From positions 9,773 to 73,772 of the forward strand of contig JBDHKN010000032.1 in the NCBI GenBank assembly GCA_039586365.1: 64,000 nt of DNA. The letters are read 5' to 3'. Both the position numbers and the translations under genes were made by a program. Positions 19,519-29,120 of the stretch are shown here, one piece after another; the first letter of the stretch is position 1; every line of letters begins with the position of its first letter. The DNA is from Gemmatimonadota bacterium (GTDB lineage: Bacteria > Gemmatimonadota > Gemmatimonadetes > Gemmatimonadales > GWC2-71-9). The notes below the pieces were generated by a model. It was not told the origin of the DNA, ran no database searches, and was given only the letters and a program-made list of their open reading frames with translations.

Positions 19519-20895
19519 TTACTTGTCGGCCTTGCAGAGGTCCATCAGCTCCGAGATCGAGCCGAGTTGCTCCAAGTTCCACACCGCCTGTTTGAGGCGT
19601 GCCCGAGACCGATCAGTTAGTACTGGAGCCGCCAACGCATCGAATTTCTCCTCAACCTCCTGGTCGGTCAGCGGATTGCGGGGGTCACCCTTGGGGAAGT
19701 CCAATTGCTTTGGGATCTCGCGACCGTCAGTTGTCTTGATCGTGACGATAACGCGCTGGAGCTTGGGGAACACCGCCTCGATCTCCGGATCCGCTACCAC
19801 ATGGACCTTGTTCAGCTGGGCTCGGATCAGTGGATCCATGATCTTTTCAGGCTCGAATTGCGCCGGGGTCACCTGGCGATCCGCAATCGCAGCCGCAATC
19901 ACATAGGGGAGGCTGTGGTCGGCGGTCTCTTTGGACCGCGGGTCGTACTTGGAGGGATCCGCCAAGATATCCGCGGCCCGGGCCAGCGACCGGATGTGTA
20001 CTCGCTCAATCTGTTCGGGTGCCAGGTCGTTTTCTCTCACGATGTCCAGCACGGCTGAAATCGGTGCATGTGTTAGGCCCTCGGTTGGGAATGCCTTCAT
20101 ACTGCAGCGTTCGATGCGCCAGGATTCACCCAGGTCATCGACCAGCACGTTCAGGCGCCATTCGGGTCCGAAGCAGTGAGTGAGTCCTTCTTTGCCGTCT
20201 ATCACGTGCTCTGGTCCGGTGTACCCTTTCTCGGCCAGCAGTGCTGCCATCACCCCACTTTGTGTGGCCAGGGGATCCACCGTGTTCTTCATCATGGTGA
20301 GTTTGCCGGCTGTAACAGCTCCCAGTGTCGCGTGGCGCGCAGCCGAGATTCCGATGGCGTGCTGCATCTTGTCCCACGATAGTCCCAGCATCCGACTGGC
20401 TACGATGGGCGAGACGAACGCGGTCAGCGTTGCGTGGTGCCAGCCGCGCTCTCTGATTCCTGGGAACGCGGCCTCACACAGCCGCATCTCGAATTCATGA
20501 CCCAGGACTATTCCCAGTATGAGATCCTTACCCGTTCCGCCCGCTCGCTCACCGCAGGCGATCGCCGCGGGAATGATGTCTGAGGGGTGGGAGGGATCCT
20601 GCTGCCAATAGATGTCGTTGTAGTCCATCACGCGGACCATCAGTGCGTTGGCCAGAGCGGCCGATACCGGGTCCGTCTTTCTGCCGCTGCCGAGGATGGT
20701 GGCCGGCCCCGACCCGCCGATCTCCTGCAATACCTCCAGGGCAATGCGGGCGTCTTCCTGACGGAATCCGCCCAGGGCGCAGCCCAGCGAGTCGAGCAAG
20801 TAACGGCGCGCTTCGTGGACCGCGCGCTCGCTGAGCTGTTCATAATTGAGTTGTGCGGCCCACCGGGCCATCACGGCCGTAATCGTCTCGGGCAT
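19519..20895 (-). CDS. MmgE/PrpD family dehydratase (2-methylcitrate dehydratase-like)
   Basis: RVMDYND, SHPSDII, GWHH, ETADHSLPY, PKGDPRNP. Confidence 0.92.
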   Translation of the reverse strand: MPETITAVMARWAAQLNYEQLSERAVHEARRYLLDSLGCALGGFRQEDARIALEVLQEIGGSGPATILGSGRKTDPVSAALANALMVRVMDYNDIYWQQDPSHPSDIIPAAIACGERAGGTGKDLILGIVLGHEFEMRLCEAAFPGIRERGWHHATLTAFVSPIVASRMLGLSWDKMQHAIGISAARHATLGAVTAGKLTMMKNTVDPLATQSGVMAALLAEKGYTGPEHVIDGKEGLTHCFGPEWRLNVLVDDLGESWRIERCSMKAFPTEGLTHAPISAVLDIVRENDLAPEQIERVHIRSLARAADILADPSKYDPRSKETADHSLPYVIAAAIADRQVTPAQFEPEKIMDPLIRAQLNKVHVVADPEIEAVFPKLQRVIVTIKTTDGREIPKQLDFPKGDPRNPLTDQEVEEKFDALAAPVLTDRSRARLKQAVWNLEQLGSISELMDLCKADK

Positions 20896-20937
20896 CTAGG
20901 ACTCTCCTGCGGCTTGGAGCCAGCGGCCTTGCCGCGG

Positions 20938-21480
20938 TCAAGCAGCCAAATTCTTGAATGGTAGATAGCTCATGAAATCGGCGTGGTGCACGATCGTTGC
21001 TTCAGTGCTGCGTTTCACCAGGTCGCCCTCGCCAGCATGCGCCGCGATGATGTGGCACACCTGTTCAGGAACACCACACGACATGGCGAGCGCCACACCG
21101 GTGAAGGGGTGTCTCAGGCTCTTGCCCCGCTCACTCTGCACAACTTTCCCGTCGACCTTCTCGTATTCCAACAGCTTCCCCACGTCGGCCAGTATCGCGC
21201 CGGCGATCACTACGTCTAGGTCTATCTCGAGCGACTTCCCCAAAAACTGCTGCATGGCCTGTGCTGCTGGTTTGGCAATGTGTACCACACAGCGTTTGTG
21301 CTCCATGAAGGTGGCGGGGCAATCGGGCACCAACAGGGTGAAGGGTATCTCGTCCAGATCGCCGGGATCGAGGGGGCTCGCTGCGAACGCCTTTATCCAA
21401 GTTTGAGTGACCTGTTCCCGCAGCTCGTGGTTCTCAATCCACTCCAGTTCGGGCCACAGGCGCTCCACTGCTGCACGCAT
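20938..21480 (-). CDS. HD-domain-like protein with A-D in place of the H-D motif
   Basis: EH...ILADVGKLLEY...RHP...HIIAAH...VHHAD. Confidence 0.75.
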   Translation of the reverse strand: MRAAVERLWPELEWIENHELREQVTQTWIKAFAASPLDPGDLDEIPFTLLVPDCPATFMEHKRCVVHIAKPAAQAMQQFLGKSLEIDLDVVIAGAILADVGKLLEYEKVDGKVVQSERGKSLRHPFTGVALAMSCGVPEQVCHIIAAHAGEGDLVKRSTEATIVHHADFMSYLPFKNLAA

Positions 21481-21516
21481 CGGAATCCTCCAGGAGGACT
21501 TAGCTATCAGAACGTG

Positions 21517-21544
21517 TCAAAAGAAGGCCCTTGGAGGCCTTCTT
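21517..21544 (-). terminator. Terminator-like hairpin in the leader of the tricarboxylate operon
   Basis: 9-bp perfect stem AAGAAGGCC/GGCCTTCTT (21521-21544), 6-nt loop, short U run on the minus strand. Confidence 0.4.
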
Positions 21545-21614
21545 GCTGCGATACAATTAAGCACAATCGCGGTCGTTAGTTAAGTTGTTCCATTCGGTTT
21601 GATTCTTACCGGAA

Positions 21615-22862
21615 GTGGATATGCAAGTGATGATTACACGCCAACCGTTCGCGGCTGGTTTCAGACTGCTTGTGGCGTTGATCTGTCTCGTCGCATGTAC
21701 TGATCGGATATCTCAAGGGCAGACGGTGCGACCTGGAATTGACGTGGTGTTGGCCGATTCAATCCATCTGGTCGCAGGAAGACGCGTTGGGCTGCTGACC
21801 AACCAGACTGGGGTGGATCGTTCCGGGGTGAGTGATGTGGATCGTCTGTTGCAGGCCGGTGTGGAACTCACTGCCTTGTTCAGCCCCGAGCATGGTTTCC
21901 GCGGGGTGCTTGATCAACCGATTGTCGATCACGGCACCGACCCTGCCACGGGACTACCGATTTACAGCCTCTATGGCGAGCATCAGGCGCCCACTGTGGA
22001 GATGCTGGCAATGATCGACGTGTTGGTGGTCGATCTGCAGGACATAGGTGCCCGGACGTACACGTACATCTCCACGACACTGCTTGCCCTGCGTGCCGCC
22101 GCTGTGGGGGGAGTGCCGGTCGTGGTGCTCGACCGGCCCAATCCGATCGGCGGCCAGCAAATTCAGGGGCCCGGACGCGACCAAGGTTTCTCTTCTGAGG
22201 TGGGCATGCTCCCGGTCCCGCTGCGCCACGGGATGACGATCGGCGAGCTGGTAAAGTTCGGCAACGATGTGCTGGAGATTGGAGCCGACCTCACCGTGGT
22301 TCCGGCCCACGGTTGGCGGCGGGACCTTTGGTACGACCAGACCGGTCTCCCCTGGGTGCGCCCGTCACTCAACATGCCCGACCTGGAGAGCGCCACCCAC
22401 TACCCGGGGACTGTACTGTTTGAGGGCACCAACCTCTCGGTGGGTCGCGGTACACCGATCGCATTCCAGGTTCTCGGAGCACCTTGGCTGGAGCCGAGCG
22501 ACATCTTGGCGGCAGTTGGCCAGGAGCCAGGGGTGGAGCTGTCGGATACCGTAGTTGCGCCACACGCTCCCAGTGATGGCAAGTACCCCGACATTGCGCT
22601 GCCCGCGCTGCGTTTCCGGGTGATCGACCGAGCGTCCTACGATCCGACCCGACTGGCCGTCCGGCTGCTGGGGGCGATATCACAGCTCCATCCCGACTCG
22701 TTTGAGATCAGGAACGCCCGATACTTCGACAACCGGGCCGGCTCAGCGGCGATCCGTGACTGGCTCGGCGGCGAGCCCCCACGCGCTGAGATCTGGCGGT
22801 TGTGGGACGCGGACCTCTCCGAGTTCCGGAGAGCGCGGCAACCCCACCTCATCTACAAGTGA
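21615..22862 (+). CDS. namZ: DUF1343/YbbC exo-beta-N-acetylmuramidase
   Basis: GLLTNQTG, FSPEHG, SLYG, DLQDIGARTYTY, LDRPNP, RHGMTIGEL, FEGTNLSVGRGT. Confidence 0.92.
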   Translation: MDMQVMITRQPFAAGFRLLVALICLVACTDRISQGQTVRPGIDVVLADSIHLVAGRRVGLLTNQTGVDRSGVSDVDRLLQAGVELTALFSPEHGFRGVLDQPIVDHGTDPATGLPIYSLYGEHQAPTVEMLAMIDVLVVDLQDIGARTYTYISTTLLALRAAAVGGVPVVVLDRPNPIGGQQIQGPGRDQGFSSEVGMLPVPLRHGMTIGELVKFGNDVLEIGADLTVVPAHGWRRDLWYDQTGLPWVRPSLNMPDLESATHYPGTVLFEGTNLSVGRGTPIAFQVLGAPWLEPSDILAAVGQEPGVELSDTVVAPHAPSDGKYPDIALPALRFRVIDRASYDPTRLAVRLLGAISQLHPDSFEIRNARYFDNRAGSAAIRDWLGGEPPRAEIWRLWDADLSEFRRARQPHLIYK

Positions 22863-23027
22863 CCGCAGGCGACCGGGCTGGAGTCGCCCAGTACGCGGTC
22901 CGTTGCCATATCGGGCCGTGCAGCAGGGAATGCAACAGGGCGGCCGCAGCACACGCGCTACGGGGATCGGGTCACTGGGTTCGTCGCTGCGCGCTTCAGA
23001 TCTCACCACGGTGACTGGCGCCCAGGG

Positions 23028-25703
23028 TCATTCCGTGCGGAGCGCCGCGAGGGGGTCGATCCGGACCGCCTTCAACGCTGGAAGGACGCATGCGGCGGCA
23101 GCGACGATACCCAATGTTGTGCTGACGACGATGAAGGTCGCCAAATCGGTGGCCGCAACACCGTAGAGCAACGACTGCATGAATCGGGTGAGCGCGGTGG
23201 CAACAGCAATCCCAAGTAGTAGTCCCGCCGCCACCAAGGCAAGGCCACGGCGCAGTACCAAGCCGAGTATTCTGCTGGATTCCGCTCCGAGCGCGATACG
23301 CACTCCTATTTCGTGGCTGCGATTGTTTACGAAGTGGGCCAGCACGCCGTAGAGGCCCAGAGTCGCCAGCAGCAGCGCTACGGTGGCAAACGCGCCGACG
23401 AGCAGCGCCGTTCTCCGCGGCTGAGCGATCGAGTCCGAGACCACGCGTCGCATGGTGGAGATCTTTGCCACGGGCACGTTGGCGTCGAATTCAGCCACTG
23501 CTGTTCTCAGGCTGTTGGTGAACGAAGAAGGATCTGAACTCGTCCGCACCACCACGCTCATCGTTCTCTGAGGCCACTGATCGACGGAGAAGTACACGGT
23601 TGGGTACGGATCGCTGCTCAAGCTGGATCCGTGGACTTCGCCAACCAATCCGACTATTGGAATGATCGTCTGCTGTGTGTTTCCGAGCACCAAATTCTTG
23701 CCTACGGGGTTGTCACCTGGCAGGAATCGCTCCACCCACGCCTCGTCCACAACGGCCGCGGGAGGGGCATCCGGTGTGTCCTCGGCAGTCAGAACCCGGC
23801 CCGCTAGTAAGGGAATCTGCATGGTTTGGAAGTAGCCGTTCGTGACCGTGCGAATCACGGCGGTGCGCCGCTGTGACAGGTCGGCGGGAGGATTGTCTGC
23901 GGCGTATACCGGCCAGTCGCCGCCGCCATGCGCGATCGGCAGCCTACTGATGGCTCCGGCGGCAACTGCCCCCGGCCGAGTGGCGATCTGCGCAGCCAGT
24001 CGGCCGTAGAACTGGCTCACTTCCTGTCCTGAAGAGTAGCGTCCCTGCGGCAAGGCGACCTCGGCCGTCAGCAAGCCTCCCGCTTCAAAACCAGGGTCAA
24101 CTGACTGCAGGCGCAGGAGACTGCGCATCATCAATCCAGACACAATGAGCAGTACCAGAGACAGGGTGACTTGGGCCACGACCAACGTACCCCTCAGGCG
24201 CGTACCGCTCAGGCTGTCGGATATCCTCCGGCCGAGGTTTAGCTGTCCTGGAATGTCGGAGTTGGCGCTTCTGAGTGCCGGGACTATGCCTACCAACAAC
24301 CCAGTGATGACAGACACCGTCAGCGCGATTAGCAGGGCCGTGCCGTCCACACCAAGGTCGCGCAACCCAGGCAGGTCCGCTGGAGCGAACTGCTTGAGTA
24401 GCTGGAGCAGCCAGTGGGTCACCGACAAGCCAAGGAGGCCGCCCACCGCAGCGATGAGTACACTTTCAGTAAGCAGCTGCCTAAGGAGGTGGCCGCGCGA
24501 TGCGCCGAGGGTGGACCGGATAGCCATCTCGCCTGACCGCGCGACACCACGTGCCAGCAACAGGCCCGCGACGTTGGCGCATGCCACGAGCAGTACGAAG
24601 CCAACCGCGCCCGTTAGGACCAGCAGCATGGGCCGCGCGCGTCGTACCAGACGCTCGCGAAACACCGACAGGTGCATACCGCGCCCGTGGTTGGTCTCGG
24701 GGTACTCGTCTGCGAGGCGCTGCCCGATCACGTCTACCTGCTCCTGGGCTTGGGTAATGGACACCCCCCTGTCTCTGAGACGGCCGACCGCGTACCAGTT
24801 CTGCGGCCCTCGTGAGCTACCCCAGGGTGTGTCTCTGCGCAGCGCGGTCCAGACTTCTGTTCCGCTCATGAAGTCGAATTGGCGGGGCATGACGCCGACT
24901 ATCGTGTGCGGGCGGTCATCGATTACGACGGTACTCCCCACAGCATTTCGTTCGCCGCCGAAGCGGCGTTGCCAGAATCCGAAGCTCAGTATCGCTACTC
25001 GACCGGCAGTCACGTCTTCCTCGTCTCTCGTGAAGTCGCGCCCTACGGCGGGGGCCACTCCCAGTGTGGAGAAGAGTCCAGTGGATATCTCGCGTTCGGT
25101 TACCCGTTCCGGGGTAGCGTTGCCAGTGACGGTTACTGAGAGGTCGAACCCCCTTATCGCTTCGAGTGACTCAAAAACGTCGCTCTGTTCCCGGTAGTCG
25201 AAGAAATCCCAAGCTGAGAGAAATCCGTCGTTTCCAGATCCTTTGCGCCCGGTCCCAAAAACCAGCTGGCCGGGATCCCTGTAGGGCAGAGTGTCTATGA
25301 AAGCCGAGTTGATCACACTGAACATGGCGACGGTACCACCGATGCCGACGGCGAACGTAGCGATCAGGATGGCGGTGAATCCCGGTCGCTTGAGCAGGGT
25401 CCTTACCGCGAATCTGACGTCTCGCGCGAAGGTCTCCATTGGGTATCCTCCTGAGCGTCGGCTGGTTGACTTGTTTACCGCTGCTTCGCCGGGGCTTCGT
25501 GTGGGCAGGCAGTACTGCACTGACAACAGCACGGCATTGGCCCAGTACCATGCGCTGGCGATGACGCCGGTGTGTCGCATTCTTATGCCAGCGTACTCCT
25601 CTCGTAGATCGCCTAGGATGCCGTGACCGGCGGGTCCCCGCGGAATGCACCGTCGGAGCAAGGACTCGGCCAGCCGGGGTGGCAACTGCCGTCGCGGCTT
25701 CAT
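23028..25703 (-). CDS. Duplicated MacB/FtsX-type orphan ABC permease (ADOP-like)
   Basis: DVRFAVRTLLKRPGFT, LLVACANVAGLLLAR, QLLTES, GLYGVL...EIGVRIALGA, IDPLAALRTE; no ATPase nearby. Confidence 0.92.
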   Translation of the reverse strand: MKPRRQLPPRLAESLLRRCIPRGPAGHGILGDLREEYAGIRMRHTGVIASAWYWANAVLLSVQYCLPTRSPGEAAVNKSTSRRSGGYPMETFARDVRFAVRTLLKRPGFTAILIATFAVGIGGTVAMFSVINSAFIDTLPYRDPGQLVFGTGRKGSGNDGFLSAWDFFDYREQSDVFESLEAIRGFDLSVTVTGNATPERVTEREISTGLFSTLGVAPAVGRDFTRDEEDVTAGRVAILSFGFWQRRFGGERNAVGSTVVIDDRPHTIVGVMPRQFDFMSGTEVWTALRRDTPWGSSRGPQNWYAVGRLRDRGVSITQAQEQVDVIGQRLADEYPETNHGRGMHLSVFRERLVRRARPMLLVLTGAVGFVLLVACANVAGLLLARGVARSGEMAIRSTLGASRGHLLRQLLTESVLIAAVGGLLGLSVTHWLLQLLKQFAPADLPGLRDLGVDGTALLIALTVSVITGLLVGIVPALRSANSDIPGQLNLGRRISDSLSGTRLRGTLVVAQVTLSLVLLIVSGLMMRSLLRLQSVDPGFEAGGLLTAEVALPQGRYSSGQEVSQFYGRLAAQIATRPGAVAAGAISRLPIAHGGGDWPVYAADNPPADLSQRRTAVIRTVTNGYFQTMQIPLLAGRVLTAEDTPDAPPAAVVDEAWVERFLPGDNPVGKNLVLGNTQQTIIPIVGLVGEVHGSSLSSDPYPTVYFSVDQWPQRTMSVVVRTSSDPSSFTNSLRTAVAEFDANVPVAKISTMRRVVSDSIAQPRRTALLVGAFATVALLLATLGLYGVLAHFVNNRSHEIGVRIALGAESSRILGLVLRRGLALVAAGLLLGIAVATALTRFMQSLLYGVAATDLATFIVVSTTLGIVAAAACVLPALKAVRIDPLAALRTE

Positions 25704-26032
25704 GGTCCTCGCAGCACCGTATCGAGCCCACGTGACAGCACGTGCAGGGCGGTGTGTGACGCCCTGAGCGCTGCCAAGCCTTTCTTGGTCACAGAGAAGC
25801 GTCTCCTGGAGTATCCTCCGCGCTCGGGCGTCGGCTCATCGGTCTCGACGTCGATGTAGCCCTTGGACTCCAGACGATCGAGGGTGCGGTACAGAGCCCC
25901 GCGCGTCACCTTGTGGCCGGCCTGCTCAGCCAGGTACCGCCGGATCGTGATGGCATGCGCGTGCTCACCCAGCTGCATCAAGGTTAGCATTACCATTTGC
26001 TCGAACTGCCCGAGAAAGACACTGCCAGCCAC
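25700..26032 (-). CDS. PadR-family transcriptional regulator
   Basis: LGQFEQMVML, GALYRTLDRLESKGYI, ERGG..RRRFSVTKKG; ATGA-coupled to the permease; GTG 26032 start inferred. Confidence 0.9.
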   Translation of the reverse strand: MAGSVFLGQFEQMVMLTLMQLGEHAHAITIRRYLAEQAGHKVTRGALYRTLDRLESKGYIDVETDEPTPERGGYSRRRFSVTKKGLAALRASHTALHVLSRGLDTVLRGP

Positions 26033-26161
26033 TGCTCGCCCCGACTGTATACGATGTATACGGTTACGGATGGCATTCGCATTTGGTTTCAACTTGGCAG
26101 GAGCCTCGGAACTTGGTGGGTGGAGTAGGGTGTTCGTGGCCTGTCGCTTGGCCGGTGATGC

Positions 26162-26231
26162 CCGTCAGTCGTAGGTCGTCAATCGTCAGTCGTCAATCGT
26201 CAGTCGTCAGTCGTCAGTCGTCAATCGTCGG
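26162..26231. repeat. Heptamer tandem array, 10 units of TCGTCAR
   Basis: ccgtcag tcgtagg tcgtcaa tcgtcag tcgtcaa tcgtcag tcgtcag tcgtcag tcgtcaa tcgtcgg, abutting the stop codon at 26232. Confidence 0.95.
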
Positions 26232-27344
26232 TCACCCCCCTTTTGCGTGCAGGATCTTCCGCAGCAGTTCGTGAACCCCATTCCAGTCAGACTGCCAAGT
26301 GGAGTAGTCCACCCGATGTACCACGACGAGCTGCATGTCTGTGACTACCCAGATGGTGTGCCCGGATCCGCCTGCGGCTTGCCATACCGTGTGACCGTTG
26401 AACGTGTGCGGTTTCGCGAGCCACCACATGTAACCGTAGTCCCAGTTGCCATTGGCTTCTGAGTAAGGATAGGTGCTTCGCTCGATCCACGCTGCCGGAA
26501 CGATCCGCTCGGCTCTCCAACGGCCGTCTCTCAGGTACAGGAGGCCAAACCTCGCCATGTCCCGGGCGGACATGGAGAAATGATAGGCAGGGTGCTCTGA
26601 AACGGGTTCGTATTGGTAGAACCCGTTCTCCACTGCGAACTCCTGCATCTGCAACGGATCCGCGATGCGTTGCTTGATCGCCTCGAACGTACCCACTCCG
26701 GTCAGCTGGGTGAAGATTGTGCCGAGCGCATTGAAGTCCCAGTTGTTGTAGTAGTGATAGGTTCCGGGCTCGTGACTTCCGCGTGCCGGTCGCGCGTCCT
26801 TCATTGATTGACTCTCGGCCGCCGCTTCGTGGTAGATGCCCGAACGGGCCTGTAGCAGCATCTCCACCGTGGCCTGCTTCTCGATGTCGCTGAGCGGTGG
26901 CGGGACAGAATCGTCAATGCCGAGCTGAGCCATGGTTGCGGAGAGGTCGATCAGTCCTTCGTCCTGGTAGATCCCAAACAGAGCGCTCATGAAACTCTTG
27001 CGCACTGACTGCACCACCCAATTGGCTGACGTTGCTCCCCACTGGTCAATGAGCACGCCTCGGTCAATGATCATCACCGCCCCGGAGCCCATCTTCTCCG
27101 CGTAGTCGTGGGCTTCCGCCAGCCTTGCCGACGACCATCCCAGGTCTTCGGGGAGTGACACCGCGTCCCACGAGGCTCCTGGGTAGCCGCTTCCATCTCC
27201 GATTGCGGAGATGTCTATGAGGTCGATGCCGACAGCATCTTGGCCGCATGCAGACAAGAGCAGGAAGGCCGCCGGCATCAGACCCGATGTTGCTATGGAC
27301 AGAGGCGTTCTTCGCGTTGCAGAGGTTCGATCATTCATCGGCAT
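26232..27344 (-). CDS. Beta-lactamase-family serine hydrolase lipoprotein
   Basis: SVRKS, YNNWDFNALG, SARDMARFGLLYL; lipobox LLSAC. Confidence 0.88.
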   Translation of the reverse strand: MPMNDRTSATRRTPLSIATSGLMPAAFLLLSACGQDAVGIDLIDISAIGDGSGYPGASWDAVSLPEDLGWSSARLAEAHDYAEKMGSGAVMIIDRGVLIDQWGATSANWVVQSVRKSFMSALFGIYQDEGLIDLSATMAQLGIDDSVPPPLSDIEKQATVEMLLQARSGIYHEAAAESQSMKDARPARGSHEPGTYHYYNNWDFNALGTIFTQLTGVGTFEAIKQRIADPLQMQEFAVENGFYQYEPVSEHPAYHFSMSARDMARFGLLYLRDGRWRAERIVPAAWIERSTYPYSEANGNWDYGYMWWLAKPHTFNGHTVWQAAGGSGHTIWVVTDMQLVVVHRVDYSTWQSDWNGVHELLRKILHAKGG

Positions 27345-27347
27345 GCT

Positions 27348-28448
27348 CTATCTGTTTTCGGGCAATGGATCGTCGCCCAACACGAAGGACTCCACGAACA
27401 ACCGCGCGGGCCCCGACTCCATCACGTCTCCCAGGCCCATGTTGTAGGCCCCACTCATTCTCCTCGTATTAGCCACAGCCAGGAAGGTGAGACCGCGTTG
27501 CCGGGCTCGGAGGATCAAGGCTGATTGGGCGTTCCATTCGCCGCCATGCCACTCGAGCCTCACTCCCTCGTGGGTCTGGACGTACCACCCCAGCCCGTAC
27601 GTCTTGTCAGGTCCGTCGATCTCAATGGTGGGTGACAACATCAGATCTTTAGTCACCGGACCGAGGAATTGGTCTTGGTCCAGCGCGATCGAGATCGCCG
27701 CGAGGTCCCGCACCGAAGAGACCAGTCCTGCTGAGGGGCTGAAATGGCGGGGAAAGCTCGATGGGATCACCTCTCCGTCGATCAGCTCGTATGGCATCAC
27801 CATGTTGGCGATGAAATCACGCCGGTTGAGGCGGGTCACGTAGAAATCCGCCAGCAGGTTTGGATCCGGTGCCGTGTGACGGAGATCCAGAGGCTGCAGA
27901 ATCCGCTCGGTCAACAACTGCGCAAAGGTCTCACCTGTCGCGACCAGCATCACGTTTCCCAGCTGGATGTAGCGGTTGCCGTTGTAGCGGTGAACGGTGC
28001 CCGGAGTACCCTCAGAAGTGTGGTTGAAGACGTGTCTTACCGTGATCACACCTCGAGCGTCGAGTTCCACACCGTAATCACTGATAGGATCGTCCAGGTC
28101 TACCAGCCCGGCTTCCACCAACTGCATGAGGACAATTGCGGCAACCGACTTGGTGACTGAGGCCACAGGGAAAGACGTCGTGTCAGTGGCGGGCCTACCT
28201 GTCTCTACGTCGGCTACGCCAAAACCGCGGGACCAGACAATCTCGTCTCCCTGGGCAATGGCGGCGGCCATTCCCGGGATCCGGAGTTCCACCCTGATGC
28301 TGTCGAGCTGTGCTTCGAATCCCTGTAGCCCTTCCAGTGGCGGTACCGCTACTGGTTCTACTGGAGTATCTCCGCATGCTGCCACTGCCATCACTGCCGT
28401 GGCGGCCATGGCTCTGTGCAGGGAAGGGTATCGCGTACTGGAGTCCAT
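27348..28448 (-). CDS. Beta-lactamase-family serine hydrolase lipoprotein
   Basis: ASVTKS, HTS, YNG, YGLGW, WHGG; lipobox VAAC; ATG 28448 start. Confidence 0.87.
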   Translation of the reverse strand: MDSSTRYPSLHRAMAATAVMAVAACGDTPVEPVAVPPLEGLQGFEAQLDSIRVELRIPGMAAAIAQGDEIVWSRGFGVADVETGRPATDTTSFPVASVTKSVAAIVLMQLVEAGLVDLDDPISDYGVELDARGVITVRHVFNHTSEGTPGTVHRYNGNRYIQLGNVMLVATGETFAQLLTERILQPLDLRHTAPDPNLLADFYVTRLNRRDFIANMVMPYELIDGEVIPSSFPRHFSPSAGLVSSVRDLAAISIALDQDQFLGPVTKDLMLSPTIEIDGPDKTYGLGWYVQTHEGVRLEWHGGEWNAQSALILRARQRGLTFLAVANTRRMSGAYNMGLGDVMESGPARLFVESFVLGDDPLPENR

Positions 28449-28449
28449 T

Positions 28450-29085
28450 TCACAATCCACCCAGTGAGATCTTGTATGTGGCGGAAGCAGTGACTGTGGC
28501 GAGTCGTATGTAACCCGGTGGCAATTCCTCACGGTCAATGTCAGTCAAGCTGATATTGCCCAGGAACTGGACATCGAGCTTGCTAGTGCCCAACCACCGA
28601 CCCAGTCCCAGGCCAAACCAGAGGCCGAACAGCAACTTCTCCCGATCCCAGCCCAGTCGCGGATCGCTACAACTCACACTCCCGACTTGTGGCACACCTA
28701 TTACCGAACAATTCAGCTCGCGACTCACTGACGGGCCGACCAGCAGGTGCGGGGAGGTCGTCCACGGAGCATTGATGCTGAGCAGCAGGGGTAGCTCCAG
28801 GTACGTCAACTTGCGGTCCCCACCGGTTTCGAGTTCGGCCCATCCCTTTTGGATGTACGACAACTCGAGTTGGAGTGAGAGAACAGAGTTCAGTTCGTGA
28901 CCGACGATGCCGCTGACTTGGAGACCACGTCTGTCGTCTATCCTGTTTCTCGAGTGCTCGTCTGCGAACAGTGCGGCGGAGTTGCTGATACCCAGCCTGC
29001 CGCCGATTGAAACCGCCTGAGCCAGCGCGGTATCGCTACCAAAGAGGCTCAATAGAGTGACCGCTGCTAGCCATGTTCTGCCCAT
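28450..29085 (-). CDS. Outer-membrane beta-barrel (PorT/porin-like) protein
   Basis: Signal peptide, LQLELSYIQKG, LTYLELPLL, amphipathic strands. Confidence 0.75.
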   Translation of the reverse strand: MGRTWLAAVTLLSLFGSDTALAQAVSIGGRLGISNSAALFADEHSRNRIDDRRGLQVSGIVGHELNSVLSLQLELSYIQKGWAELETGGDRKLTYLELPLLLSINAPWTTSPHLLVGPSVSRELNCSVIGVPQVGSVSCSDPRLGWDREKLLFGLWFGLGLGRWLGTSKLDVQFLGNISLTDIDREELPPGYIRLATVTASATYKISLGGL

Positions 29086-29120
29086 TCTGCCACTCCTAGT
29101 GAAACAATCTCCTAACGATA

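Noticed and set aside
24145..25197. Long antisense ORFs (350 aa here; also 32840-33841, 54665-55585, 30325-31170)
   Set aside because: Shadow frames opposite well-supported genes in GC-rich DNA, with no recognisable motifs.
26162..26231. Possible CRISPR array
   Set aside because: Units are contiguous 7-mers with no spacers, and no cas genes are present.
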